Positions 51,564 through 60,140 of a DNA stretch of 64,000 bases are shown piece by piece. Under the pieces are notes generated by a model. The model was not told the origin of the DNA, made no database searches, and saw only the letters and a list, made by a program, of their open reading frames with translations. Both the position numbers and the translations under genes were made by a program. Within the stretch, counting starts at the first letter, position 1; the number at the start of each line of letters is the position of its first letter. The stretch is from positions 1 through 64,000 of the forward strand of contig JAVYVS010000004.1 of the NCBI GenBank assembly GCA_038727515.1. The letters run 5' to 3'. Source of the stretch: Candidatus Methanomethylicia archaeon. GTDB taxonomy: Archaea > Thermoproteota > Methanomethylicia > Culexarchaeales > Culexarchaeaceae.

Positions 51564-52211
51564 TTGTGTGTGAATTCAAGTGGAATTGAATCAGTTCTTA
51601 ATTCAATACCTTCATATAGCTTTGAACTTGGATTAAACCTTAAATCTAAGGATGATAGGTTTAAATGGTTTATTGCTTCAATACTATTTGCCAAGAGGAT
51701 CTCATCAAAGATAGCTTCAAAAACATTTAGAGTGTTTGTTGAGAGGGGTTTAACAACTCCAAGAGCTATTCTAAATGCTGGATGGAACTCTATTGTTGAA
51801 GTTTTAGATGAAGGTGGATATGTTAGATATGATTTTTCAACAGCTACAAACATCATTGAGAATATGAAGATCTTAATGGAAAAGTATCATGGGGATATAG
51901 ATAGCATTCATGAATATGCTTCTGATGAAAGGGATTTGGAAGCTAGATTAATGGAGTTTAGAGGTTTTGGACCTGTAGCTATAAACATTTTCCTTAGGGA
52001 ACTTAGAGATATTTGGAGTAAAGCTAAACCAAAACCTTCAAAGTATGCTGTGAACGTCGCTTTAAAGGTGGGTTTAAATCAAGATCTACTTGAAAGATAT
52101 GAATCTCAGCTTGTTAGGGTATTTATTGAGTATTGTAAAAGGGGGTTTTGCGATAAATGTCCATTGAGTAAGTATTGTAGTAGTAAGAGTGTAAATCCAT
52201 TTAAACCTTAA
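51564..52211 (+). CDS. HhH-GPD superfamily DNA glycosylase-like protein with a C-terminal 4-Cys cluster
   Basis: GGYVRYD, HhH motif LMEFRGFGPVAINIFLRE, and CKRGFCDKCPLSKYC. Confidence 0.7.
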   Translation: MCVNSSGIESVLNSIPSYSFELGLNLKSKDDRFKWFIASILFAKRISSKIASKTFRVFVERGLTTPRAILNAGWNSIVEVLDEGGYVRYDFSTATNIIENMKILMEKYHGDIDSIHEYASDERDLEARLMEFRGFGPVAINIFLRELRDIWSKAKPKPSKYAVNVALKVGLNQDLLERYESQLVRVFIEYCKRGFCDKCPLSKYCSSKSVNPFKP

Positions 52212-52267
52212 TGGTTGATGGAAAGATTTATAGTGTAATGGTAGCTTACATATGTTAATACAATAAT

Positions 52268-53422
52268 TTGAGGTGTATTTATTTGAGGTATAGGCGTTTT
52301 GGAAGTTTGGATTGGTATGTTTCTGCTCTTGGTTTTGGGGCTATGAGGCTTCCAACTCTTGGCGGTGATTATAGTAGTGTTGATGAAGATGAAGCTATTA
52401 AAATGATTAGGTATGGTATTGAGCATGGGATAAACTATATTGATACTGCATATGGATATCATGGTGGTAAGAGTGAAGTTATTGTTGGGAGGGCTATTGA
52501 AGGTTTTCGTGATCGTGTGCGTATAGCTACTAAAATGCCCATTTGGCTTGTTAACTCACATTCTGATATGGATAGGGTTTTAAATGAGCAGCTGAATAGG
52601 TTGAATATTGATTATATAGACTTCTATCTACTCCATGGATTGAATAAAGATAGGTGGAGGAAGGTTAAGGAGCTTAATGTTTTTGAATGGTTGGAGTATG
52701 CATTAGCTGAGGGTAAAATTAAGTATGTAGGTTTTAGCTTTCACGATTCCTTTGAAGTCTTTAAGGAGATTGTAGATTCATATAATTGGACTCTATGTCA
52801 AATTCAATATAATTATTTGGATGTTGATTATCAAGCTGGAGTTAGAGGTTTAAAGTATGCTGCTTCGAAGGGTCTTGCAGTTGTGGTTATGGAGCCTCTT
52901 GCAGGAGGTTTACTTGCAAATCCACCTCCCGAGGTGGTTGAAGTTTTTAGGAGAGCAAAGATTGAGAGGAGTATTGTGGAATGGGCTTTACTGTGGGTTT
53001 GGAATCACCCTGAAGTTTCAGTTGCACTTAGTGGTATGAGTAGTATGCAGCAAGTGGTTGAGAATGTTAAGTATGCTGAGAACGCTATTCCAAATATTCT
53101 CTCCAATGAGGAGTTAATACTTTTCGATGAGGCTAGGAGGATTCTCCGAACCACTGGATTTATAAATTGTAGTAAGTGTAGGTATTGTCAACCATGTCCA
53201 AATGGGGTTCTTATACCTGAAATATTTGAGTATTACAACTTGTATTTTATTAGGGGTAGAGATCCATCGGTTATAGATGAATATAATTCTAAGGTTCCAA
53301 TTCAAGGTAGAGTTGAAAACTGTGTTAAATGTGGTGTATGTGAATCTCTATGTCCACAACACATTGAAATAAGGCTTTGGCTTGATAGAGCTAGAAGATT
53401 ATTTCAACGTCCAACTAGATGA
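52268..53422 (+). CDS. Aldo/keto reductase with a C-terminal 4Fe-4S dicluster
   Basis: LGFGAMRLP, YIDTAYGY, IATK, YLLH, MEPLAGG, CSKCRYCQPCP, CVKCGVCESLCP. Confidence 0.93.
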   Translation: MRCIYLRYRRFGSLDWYVSALGFGAMRLPTLGGDYSSVDEDEAIKMIRYGIEHGINYIDTAYGYHGGKSEVIVGRAIEGFRDRVRIATKMPIWLVNSHSDMDRVLNEQLNRLNIDYIDFYLLHGLNKDRWRKVKELNVFEWLEYALAEGKIKYVGFSFHDSFEVFKEIVDSYNWTLCQIQYNYLDVDYQAGVRGLKYAASKGLAVVVMEPLAGGLLANPPPEVVEVFRRAKIERSIVEWALLWVWNHPEVSVALSGMSSMQQVVENVKYAENAIPNILSNEELILFDEARRILRTTGFINCSKCRYCQPCPNGVLIPEIFEYYNLYFIRGRDPSVIDEYNSKVPIQGRVENCVKCGVCESLCPQHIEIRLWLDRARRLFQRPTR

Positions 53423-53444
53423 ACTAGGTATTGGGTGATTGATA

Positions 53445-54092
53445 ATGAGTTATAATACATATAGAGATTGGCATGTTAAATGTAATGTAAATCTAGTTTT
53501 AGATAATCTTAGTAGAAGGGGGTTTAAAGCATTATATTTTGAGAGGGTTGAAGAAGCTAAAAACCATATTTTATCACTTATACCTAAAAATGCAGTTGTA
53601 GGAGTTGGAGGTTCAGTTACCATTAGAGAGTTAGGCTTAATAGAAGATTTAGAGGCTAGAGGGAATAGAATTATTCATCATTGGATTAAGGGTTTAAGTC
53701 TTGAGGAATCGTATAAGATTAGAGTTTTAGAGAATACTTGTGATTTCTATCTTAGTAGTTGTAATGCTATAACCATGGATGGAGTTATTGTTAATGCTGA
53801 TTCATCTGGTAATAGAATTGCAGCTTTAGCCTTTGGACCTAGGAATGTTATAATTGTAGCTGGAATTAATAAGATTGTTTATGATATTGATGCAGCTTTA
53901 TGGAGGATATATAATGTTGCTGCTCCAATGAATTCCCGTAGACTTGGAGTTGGAGTTCCATGTGCTGAAAATGGTTATTGTACAAATTGTAATTCCATGG
54001 AGTGTCCAGTTAGGGTTATTGAGATAATTGAACGGAAGCCTCAACTTACAGATTACCATGTAATAATTGTAAATGCAATTTTAGGTTTCTAA
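53445..54092 (+). CDS. LUD-domain (LutC/DUF1121-like) protein
   Basis: GVGGSVT, NAITMDG, DSSGNR, AGINKIV and a Cys-rich C-terminal part. Confidence 0.8.
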   Translation: MSYNTYRDWHVKCNVNLVLDNLSRRGFKALYFERVEEAKNHILSLIPKNAVVGVGGSVTIRELGLIEDLEARGNRIIHHWIKGLSLEESYKIRVLENTCDFYLSSCNAITMDGVIVNADSSGNRIAALAFGPRNVIIVAGINKIVYDIDAALWRIYNVAAPMNSRRLGVGVPCAENGYCTNCNSMECPVRVIEIIERKPQLTDYHVIIVNAILGF

Positions 54093-54097
54093 ACCTA

Positions 54098-54742
54098 TTA
54101 CTTTAAATATCCTAATACTACTCTCATCCTATTTTCTATGGGTGATAGTTTTCCAAATACCTTTGTTCTCCCCAATTTAATGGCCTTTAAGATTTCCTCT
54201 ATTGATAATTCATTTACTTCTATGATTGTATATGCATTTCCAATACATTTTGGATTGTGTGCATCACTTCCAGCGGTTATTGGAACTCTAATTCTATTGA
54301 TTATCTTCCATCCTCTTCTCAAAATAAATTTGAATGGGTAATTTGAATTAAAGGCTTCTATTGCATCTGGCTTTTTAATAATCCATTTATTCATCTTATT
54401 TACTTCTATTGCTGGATGAGCTATTATTGTTATTCCACCAAGACTTCTAATCCAATCTATTGCATCTTCATATATCAATCTAGTTTTATCCTCTAAATTT
54501 ACATTTACTCCCAATGCTAGTATATGTCCTGCATCTGTCTTTAATTCTAATCCTGGAATTACCATTAAACCCAATTTACTAGAATACTTCTCTACTTCTC
54601 TTAAGGCTATTGTTGTATTATGGTCTGTTATTGCAATTCCATTTAAACCTTTTCGATAGGCTTCCAATAATATTTCTCTTATACTTCCAATTCCATCTGA
54701 GTATTCTGTGTGTACGTGTAGATCGAATTTCAGTTTTTGCAA
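54098..54742 (-). CDS. PHP-domain phosphoesterase
   Basis: DLHVHTEYSDG, AITDHN, IAHP, GSDAH. Confidence 0.9.
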   Translation of the reverse strand: MQKLKFDLHVHTEYSDGIGSIREILLEAYRKGLNGIAITDHNTTIALREVEKYSSKLGLMVIPGLELKTDAGHILALGVNVNLEDKTRLIYEDAIDWIRSLGGITIIAHPAIEVNKMNKWIIKKPDAIEAFNSNYPFKFILRRGWKIINRIRVPITAGSDAHNPKCIGNAYTIIEVNELSIEEILKAIKLGRTKVFGKLSPIENRMRVVLGYLK

Positions 54743-55065
54743 ATTACCACTTCACTTATCCATTGTAGGTATGGTTTGTATCCCGCTATTATTGGTATTG
54801 CAATTATTTCTGGTACTGTATAGCTATGTAAACTTTTAACTCTCGTATATAGTTTTTCAATTACCTCTTTCTTAGTCTTTATTACTATTAATGCTTCTTG
54901 AGCTTCCTCCATTTTCCCCATCCATAGGAATTTAGATTTAACATTTTCAATTATGTTTGCACATGCTATAAGTTTCTCCTCCAATAATGCATTAACAATC
55001 TTTTCAGCTTCACTTATACTTGGTGTTGTTATTAGTACTACTATGTATTCATCATTATCAACCAT
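54730..55065 (-). CDS. cutA: Divalent-cation tolerance protein CutA
   Basis: LIACANI, HSYTVPEIIA, YLQWI. Confidence 0.93.
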   Translation of the reverse strand: MVDNDEYIVVLITTPSISEAEKIVNALLEEKLIACANIIENVKSKFLWMGKMEEAQEALIVIKTKKEVIEKLYTRVKSLHSYTVPEIIAIPIIAGYKPYLQWISEVVICKN

Positions 55066-55077
55066 ATTAAACACCAA

Positions 55078-55557
55078 TTATTCATATTGGAATATCATAG
55101 ATATATAGTCTCCAATTAAATGCGCTATTACAACTACAATTAATGCTACAACTACATGTTCAATTATCATCCAATAATCCTTTTCCCTTCTACCTATTAG
55201 ATAGCTTAGGGATGCTAGTAGAATTACACCCCAAACTACACTCAATATTATTGCCATGGTTAAATCTTCCACTATCATTAATGGGATTATGAAGCTTGAA
55301 GCTATTATGAATTTAAATATGAATGTTGTTAATGTTGATATCCATATATCCCTTAAACTATGTATTCTCTCAGATTCTTCGGATATATGTATTCCAAGTG
55401 CATCTGAAAATGCATCTGCAATTGCTATAGTTAGAATTCCACCTAAAACTGCTATTTTTGAGTGTGTTCCAGAGTGTAATCCAACCATAAGTCCAAGTGT
55501 TGTTATAACTCCAGATGTGGATCCAAAGCTTGCTCCAACTTTGAATGAATGTCTCAT
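55078..55557 (-). CDS. VIT1/CCC1-like membrane protein
   Basis: FGSTSGVITTLG, IADAFSDALGIHISEES; about five TM helices. Confidence 0.75.
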   Translation of the reverse strand: MRHSFKVGASFGSTSGVITTLGLMVGLHSGTHSKIAVLGGILTIAIADAFSDALGIHISEESERIHSLRDIWISTLTTFIFKFIIASSFIIPLMIVEDLTMAIILSVVWGVILLASLSYLIGRREKDYWMIIEHVVVALIVVVIAHLIGDYISMIFQYE

Positions 55558-55568
55558 TAGATATCTTT

Positions 55569-56123
55569 CTAAGATTGATTGTCTCTACCTATAAGTTTTT
55601 TCATTAGTTTGTTTAAATCTAGGTTTATCTTTAAAGCTTTCTCATTAATATTATTCCAAGTATGCTTTAAAATCTCCTCTAAATGCAAAGTTTTTACACC
55701 ATATTGAACCCTGTAATTCATGGATTGAATGTACGTTGCAATTCCATCAGCTAAATCCACAATTTTAGCTTCTAAACTTTCACCCTTAGAATAATCTAAA
55801 TAGGCTTCCACTAAATCTCTTTCACCCAAAATCTCTTTAACAATTTCTAAACTAATTTTCGATAATCTTTCCTCATCAAGTCTTTCTTTAATTGGTTTAG
55901 GTATATCAGATATTAGAGCTTCTGGTAAATCATGTATTAAAGCCATCTTTAAAACTTTATATTCATCTAAACATTCAAGTTCTCTACATATCACCATAGC
56001 TATAAATGCAACCTTTAAAGTATGTTCTGCTATATTTTCAGCAATATCATTTGGTATCTTAGCCATGATCCAACCAGTTCTCTTAATCCTACCAAGTCTT
56101 TCCAGTACTTCAAATAAATCCAT
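55569..56123 (-). CDS. HD-domain phosphohydrolase (YfbR/HDDC2-like)
   Basis: KRTGW, ENIAEH, ALIHDLPEA..DI, LAD. Confidence 0.88.
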   Translation of the reverse strand: MDLFEVLERLGRIKRTGWIMAKIPNDIAENIAEHTLKVAFIAMVICRELECLDEYKVLKMALIHDLPEALISDIPKPIKERLDEERLSKISLEIVKEILGERDLVEAYLDYSKGESLEAKIVDLADGIATYIQSMNYRVQYGVKTLHLEEILKHTWNNINEKALKINLDLNKLMKKLIGRDNQS

Positions 56124-56223
56124 AAATCACTATTTACACTTTGAAGAATAAATAATATTCCTTAACTCTAGAGTTAATGATGTTAAAGATTTACTACTTT
56201 AAGTTCATAGGGAACTATACTCT

Positions 56224-56727
56224 TCAATTACCTCTTTTAATTGTTACCTCTAATATTCCATTCCTATACTTCTTCTCCATACTCTTTATATTAATATTTG
56301 ATGGTAAATCTACTTCTTTATAGTAGTCTTTGTATTTTGAGTATGCCTTTATAATTAGTTTTCCATCCTTTACATTAACGTTTATATCCTTTTCATCTAC
56401 TCCAGGTATTTCTGCAATCACCTTTATTTCTCCATTTCTATCAATTACTTCTACAAGTGGTTCTTCACTTTCTTCTTCAATATCATCATAAACCTTTCTC
56501 TTCTGCTTTATATTTCCAAATTCTTTCTTTATGATTTTTCCATCTGGACCTATTGTTATACTATATCCATATATGTATGGTCCCCACACTCTTACTCTAC
56601 TATCATCTGGAAGTATCTCCTCCTTGAATTCATGATTGAATATATCCATATCCTCTATCTCCCTCATCCTCCTCTCCATTTCCTCTATTATCTTCTTCCA
56701 ATTCTTTATGAAATCATCATAGAACAT
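56224..56727 (-). CDS. hsp20: Archaeal small heat-shock protein Hsp20
   Basis: GPYIYGYSITIGPDGK, EPLVEV, AEIPGV, YRNGILEV. Confidence 0.93.
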   Translation of the reverse strand: MFYDDFIKNWKKIIEEMERRMREIEDMDIFNHEFKEEILPDDSRVRVWGPYIYGYSITIGPDGKIIKKEFGNIKQKRKVYDDIEEESEEPLVEVIDRNGEIKVIAEIPGVDEKDINVNVKDGKLIIKAYSKYKDYYKEVDLPSNINIKSMEKKYRNGILEVTIKRGN

Positions 56728-57121
56728 TTATCTCACCTCCTAAATCCTCCATTAATTCCATTAATTTTGTTAAGGCGAGGGTTAATGTTGTGAATATTAT
56801 TCTTCCATGATTTGAACATCTATATCCTCCCTTACCATTTCTCTCTAGTAGTCCAATTGAACTTAATCTTCTAATGTTTTCCCAAATTATCTTTGGATTT
56901 GCATCTAGCATTTTCATTATTTCTGTAAAACTTACAGGTTTTGGGTATTCATCCATCATCTTCATTAACATCATAATTCTAGTTTCATTGCTTAATGCTT
57001 CAAATATCCGTGTTATTTCTTTACATTTCTTTCTTAGATGATCTATTTCAATAGTTGTAGGTGTTAGTGGAGCTTCCCATATTACCTCTCCATCTTTAAC
57101 TATTTGTATTTTCAGAGTCAT
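56717..57121 (-). CDS. ArsR-like winged-helix transcriptional regulator
   Basis: FEALSNETRIMML, SFTEI..L..NPKIIWENIRRL..GLL; overlaps the hsp20 start. Confidence 0.8.
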   Translation of the reverse strand: MTLKIQIVKDGEVIWEAPLTPTTIEIDHLRKKCKEITRIFEALSNETRIMMLMKMMDEYPKPVSFTEIMKMLDANPKIIWENIRRLSSIGLLERNGKGGYRCSNHGRIIFTTLTLALTKLMELMEDLGGEINVL

Positions 57122-57136
57122 AACCCTCGCCCTAAA

Positions 57137-57174
57137 TTACCTTTTGGTAATTACCAATTGGTAATATATAAATC
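57137..57174 (-). promoter_or_regulatory. Tandem palindromic operator downstream of a TATA box
   Basis: TTACC-TTTT-GGTAA-TTACC-AATT-GGTAA (57137-57164), with TTTATATA adjacent on the minus strand. Confidence 0.75.
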
Positions 57175-58371
57175 TTACGGTAATATTATCTTACCCATTA
57201 CAACTCTTTCTAATGCTCCAGTGGCTGAAGGAACATTATTTGGAAATCCACTTATAGTTTCATTTGCCAGTATGATCATTACAAGTGGTTCTTTTGCTTG
57301 TGATGGTATTCCATAATCTTCATGTAAGCTAATCTTTGTTTTTGGATTTAATTCTTTAATCATCTCCATTAAAACTCTATTTCTACTTCCACCTCCACCA
57401 ATTATGATTTCATCTGGTTTTTCCGGTAGGTATTTAATGTAGCTTTCAGTTATGGTTTTCGCCGTATAATATGTTGCTGTTGCAATTATATCTTCCCATT
57501 TCAAATTCATTTCTCTAGCTTTTCCAATAATCTTCTTAACATATGATTCTCCAAATTCTTCTCTACCGGTGGTTTTTGGAGGTTTCTTCTTTAGATATGG
57601 ATGTTTCATCATGTAATTCAGCAATACCTCATTCACTTTCCCCTTTGCTGCTATTTCTCCATTTAAATCCATGTTGAGTTTTCCATGACTCATCTCTCTA
57701 ACTATTGCATCTATTATCATGTTTCCAGGTCCTGTATCGAAGGCTATTACATCCTTTATCTCTGCATTCCTTGGTATATATGTTACATTGGCTATTCCAC
57801 CAATATTTTGAATAGCTCTACAAATATCTATGCTTCTAAATATTATGTAATCTGCATATGCACTTATTGGTGCTCCATTACCACCTGCAGCTACATCTTT
57901 ATGTCTGAAATCAGCTATGGTAATGATCTTTGTTTTATAAGCTATTATTGATGGTTCTCCTATTTGTAGTGTTGATCTAGTTTTATACCCATATATATCT
58001 TCAATCTTTGGATTATGGTATATGGTCTGCCCATGACTTGCTATAAAATCCACATCCCCCCTACTTAAACCAACTTCATCCATTGCTTCCAAAGCTTTCT
58101 CTGCAAATATCATTCCTAAAACATAATTTAATTGGCATATCCTCTTTACATTTCCAGTTTTTGGATTTGTTGATTTCAATATTAATCTACGAATTTCATT
58201 ATCATATTCAAATGTCTTATGGTATAGTATTTTGAATTTTGTATTTATCCAATTACCCTTTAATTTAGCTATTACTATTGATACTCCATCTAATGATGTT
58301 CCAGACATTATTCCTAAACCTATCTTTTCCTCCTTTGATTTCAATTCAAATAATTTCTCTATGGGGTTCAA
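57175..58371 (-). CDS. anmK: Anhydro-N-acetylmuramic acid kinase
   Basis: GIMSGTSLDG, SHGQTIYH, DFRHKDVAAGGNGAP, NIGGIAN, FDTGPGN, KTTGRE, GGGSRN, AKE. Confidence 0.95.
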   Translation of the reverse strand: MNPIEKLFELKSKEEKIGLGIMSGTSLDGVSIVIAKLKGNWINTKFKILYHKTFEYDNEIRRLILKSTNPKTGNVKRICQLNYVLGMIFAEKALEAMDEVGLSRGDVDFIASHGQTIYHNPKIEDIYGYKTRSTLQIGEPSIIAYKTKIITIADFRHKDVAAGGNGAPISAYADYIIFRSIDICRAIQNIGGIANVTYIPRNAEIKDVIAFDTGPGNMIIDAIVREMSHGKLNMDLNGEIAAKGKVNEVLLNYMMKHPYLKKKPPKTTGREEFGESYVKKIIGKAREMNLKWEDIIATATYYTAKTITESYIKYLPEKPDEIIIGGGGSRNRVLMEMIKELNPKTKISLHEDYGIPSQAKEPLVMIILANETISGFPNNVPSATGALERVVMGKIILP

Positions 58372-58423
58372 TTTATCTTCAATTCACTACTTATCTCACT
58401 TTACATTTAATCCTTCCCTAAAT

Positions 58424-58774
58424 TTATTCTACTTTTACTTCTCTTCCAATCTTTTTCTTTCGTAATTCTATGGTTAGTAATCCTTCAAAATACTTTGCTT
58501 TTGCACTTTCTGGTTCTACTGGATCTTCCAATTTAATCTTATACTTATACTCTTCTTTTCTCCCTACTATTTCAACTGATGTTTTAGCTGATATGCTTAT
58601 TGCATTCTCATTTACATATAGTTTTATATCTTCCTTCTTTACCCCTGGAAGTTCTACTGTCACTATATATTTATCATCTTCCTCTTTTATCTGATATCTT
58701 TCTGATATTACTCCGTGTTTATATGCTTTCATCTTTATTATTGGTAGTGGTATGTTTAATCCTCCAATTATCAT
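58424..58774 (-). CDS. Hsp20/alpha-crystallin family protein
   Basis: VELPGVKKEDI, AKYFEGLLTI. The start is uncertain (58774 or 58822). Confidence 0.85.
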   Translation of the reverse strand: MIIGGLNIPLPIIKMKAYKHGVISERYQIKEEDDKYIVTVELPGVKKEDIKLYVNENAISISAKTSVEIVGRKEEYKYKIKLEDPVEPESAKAKYFEGLLTIELRKKKIGREVKVE

Positions 58775-58867
58775 TTTAATTTCCTTTTCCACTTTTCTAT
58801 TATCGTTACACATTTGTACCACAATTAAATTTTAGTCTATTTTTGTATTTAAATTTTATTTTTGTAC

Positions 58868-59320
58868 TTATTCTATGGAAACTTTCCTCCAACCTTTAAG
58901 TTTCTCTTCCACTATCTTCATTTCTCCCTCTAGGAATTTCTTATATTCTTCTAGTTCTTCTACATCTTCTAGTTCTCTTGCTATGCTCATGTATTTCTCT
59001 GCTTCTCTAATTGATTTCTCCATTATGAATGATATATATTTCATTATTGATTTTATTTTTGGCTGTATTAGTTTTGGTATTTTATCTATTGCTTCAAATC
59101 CCTTATCAGTTAATTTTACACTACCATCAATTTCAAATTCTATATATCCCTTATCTCTAAGTTCTGAGAGTGATGTGTAGAAAGAGCTTTTTGATTCCAA
59201 TCCAAATTCATACATTTCTCTAAGTAGTTTTGCAGTCTTCTTTCCTCCACTTTTAAGTTTTAGTAGTATTGCTATTTGATGTGGATTTAATTTATCTTCT
59301 CCTACTTTAATTTTAAACAT
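58868..59320 (-). CDS. Winged-helix (MarR/PadR-like) protein with a coiled-coil tail
   Basis: QIAILLKL..KSSFYTSLSELRDKGYI..VKLTDKG. Confidence 0.75.
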   Translation of the reverse strand: MFKIKVGEDKLNPHQIAILLKLKSGGKKTAKLLREMYEFGLESKSSFYTSLSELRDKGYIEFEIDGSVKLTDKGFEAIDKIPKLIQPKIKSIMKYISFIMEKSIREAEKYMSIARELEDVEELEEYKKFLEGEMKIVEEKLKGWRKVSIE

Positions 59321-59326
59321 TCTTCT

Positions 59327-60043
59327 TCACTCTACTGTAAAGTATATTCTCCTTTTATCTTTCCCCTTATTTTGAACTTTTATCAATTTTACTTCTCCTA
59401 CTTCCATGGTATTCTTTACATGTGGTCCACCATCTGCTTGTACATCTAATCCCTCTATTTCCACTATTCTAAGTTCTTCTAATTCTGGTGGCATTCTTTC
59501 AGCTAATTTTACTATTCCAGGTATTTTTAATGCTTCCTCTCTTTTTAGGAAGTATATTTTTACTGGTAGTGCCATTTTAACTGCTTCATTAACTTTTCGA
59601 ATAGCATCTTCAAATATCTCTTTACTCATTGATGGTATATTAAAATCCATTTTCGCTTCATCTTCATCCACTTGTCCACCTGTTACAAGAGCATTATAAT
59701 GATTATACATTACTGCTACTAGTATGTGTGCTGCAGTATGTAGTCTCATTAATCTATATCTTCTCTCCCAATTTATTTCACCCTCCACTTCAATTCCAAT
59801 TTCAACTTTTGGTTCTATGTTTAATACATGTATTATATCTGCAGTGGTATGATCTAATTTTACATCTTGAACTTCATATTCTAATCCCATTATCCTAATT
59901 TTGCCAGTATCATTGGCTACTCCTCCAGTTTGTGGATGGAATATTGTTTGATCTAAAATCAATTCTCTACCATTACAGGCGAGAACTTTAGCTTTAAAAG
60001 TTTTTTGATAACTATCGTATTGATATAAGTGTTTTGTTGGCAT
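59327..60043 (-). CDS. alaXM: AlaX-M trans-editing protein
   Basis: LDQTIFHPQTGG, RLHTAAH, QADGGPHV. The start MPTKHLY follows GGTGA. Confidence 0.9.
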   Translation of the reverse strand: MPTKHLYQYDSYQKTFKAKVLACNGRELILDQTIFHPQTGGVANDTGKIRIMGLEYEVQDVKLDHTTADIIHVLNIEPKVEIGIEVEGEINWERRYRLMRLHTAAHILVAVMYNHYNALVTGGQVDEDEAKMDFNIPSMSKEIFEDAIRKVNEAVKMALPVKIYFLKREEALKIPGIVKLAERMPPELEELRIVEIEGLDVQADGGPHVKNTMEVGEVKLIKVQNKGKDKRRIYFTVE

Positions 60044-60140
60044 TTTAATCACCATTAAATCTTCTATACATGTTTTTAAGGGTTTCCATAATACCATAAA
60101 TTTTTAGGTGTATTTATTAAATATTTGTTGGTGTTTAACT

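Noticed and set aside
59327-60043. AlaX DGGPH in place of CGGTH as a sign of inactivation
   Set aside because: Asp can ligate zinc, the HxxxH motif is intact, and I recall this variant in other archaeal AlaX proteins; not treated as novel.
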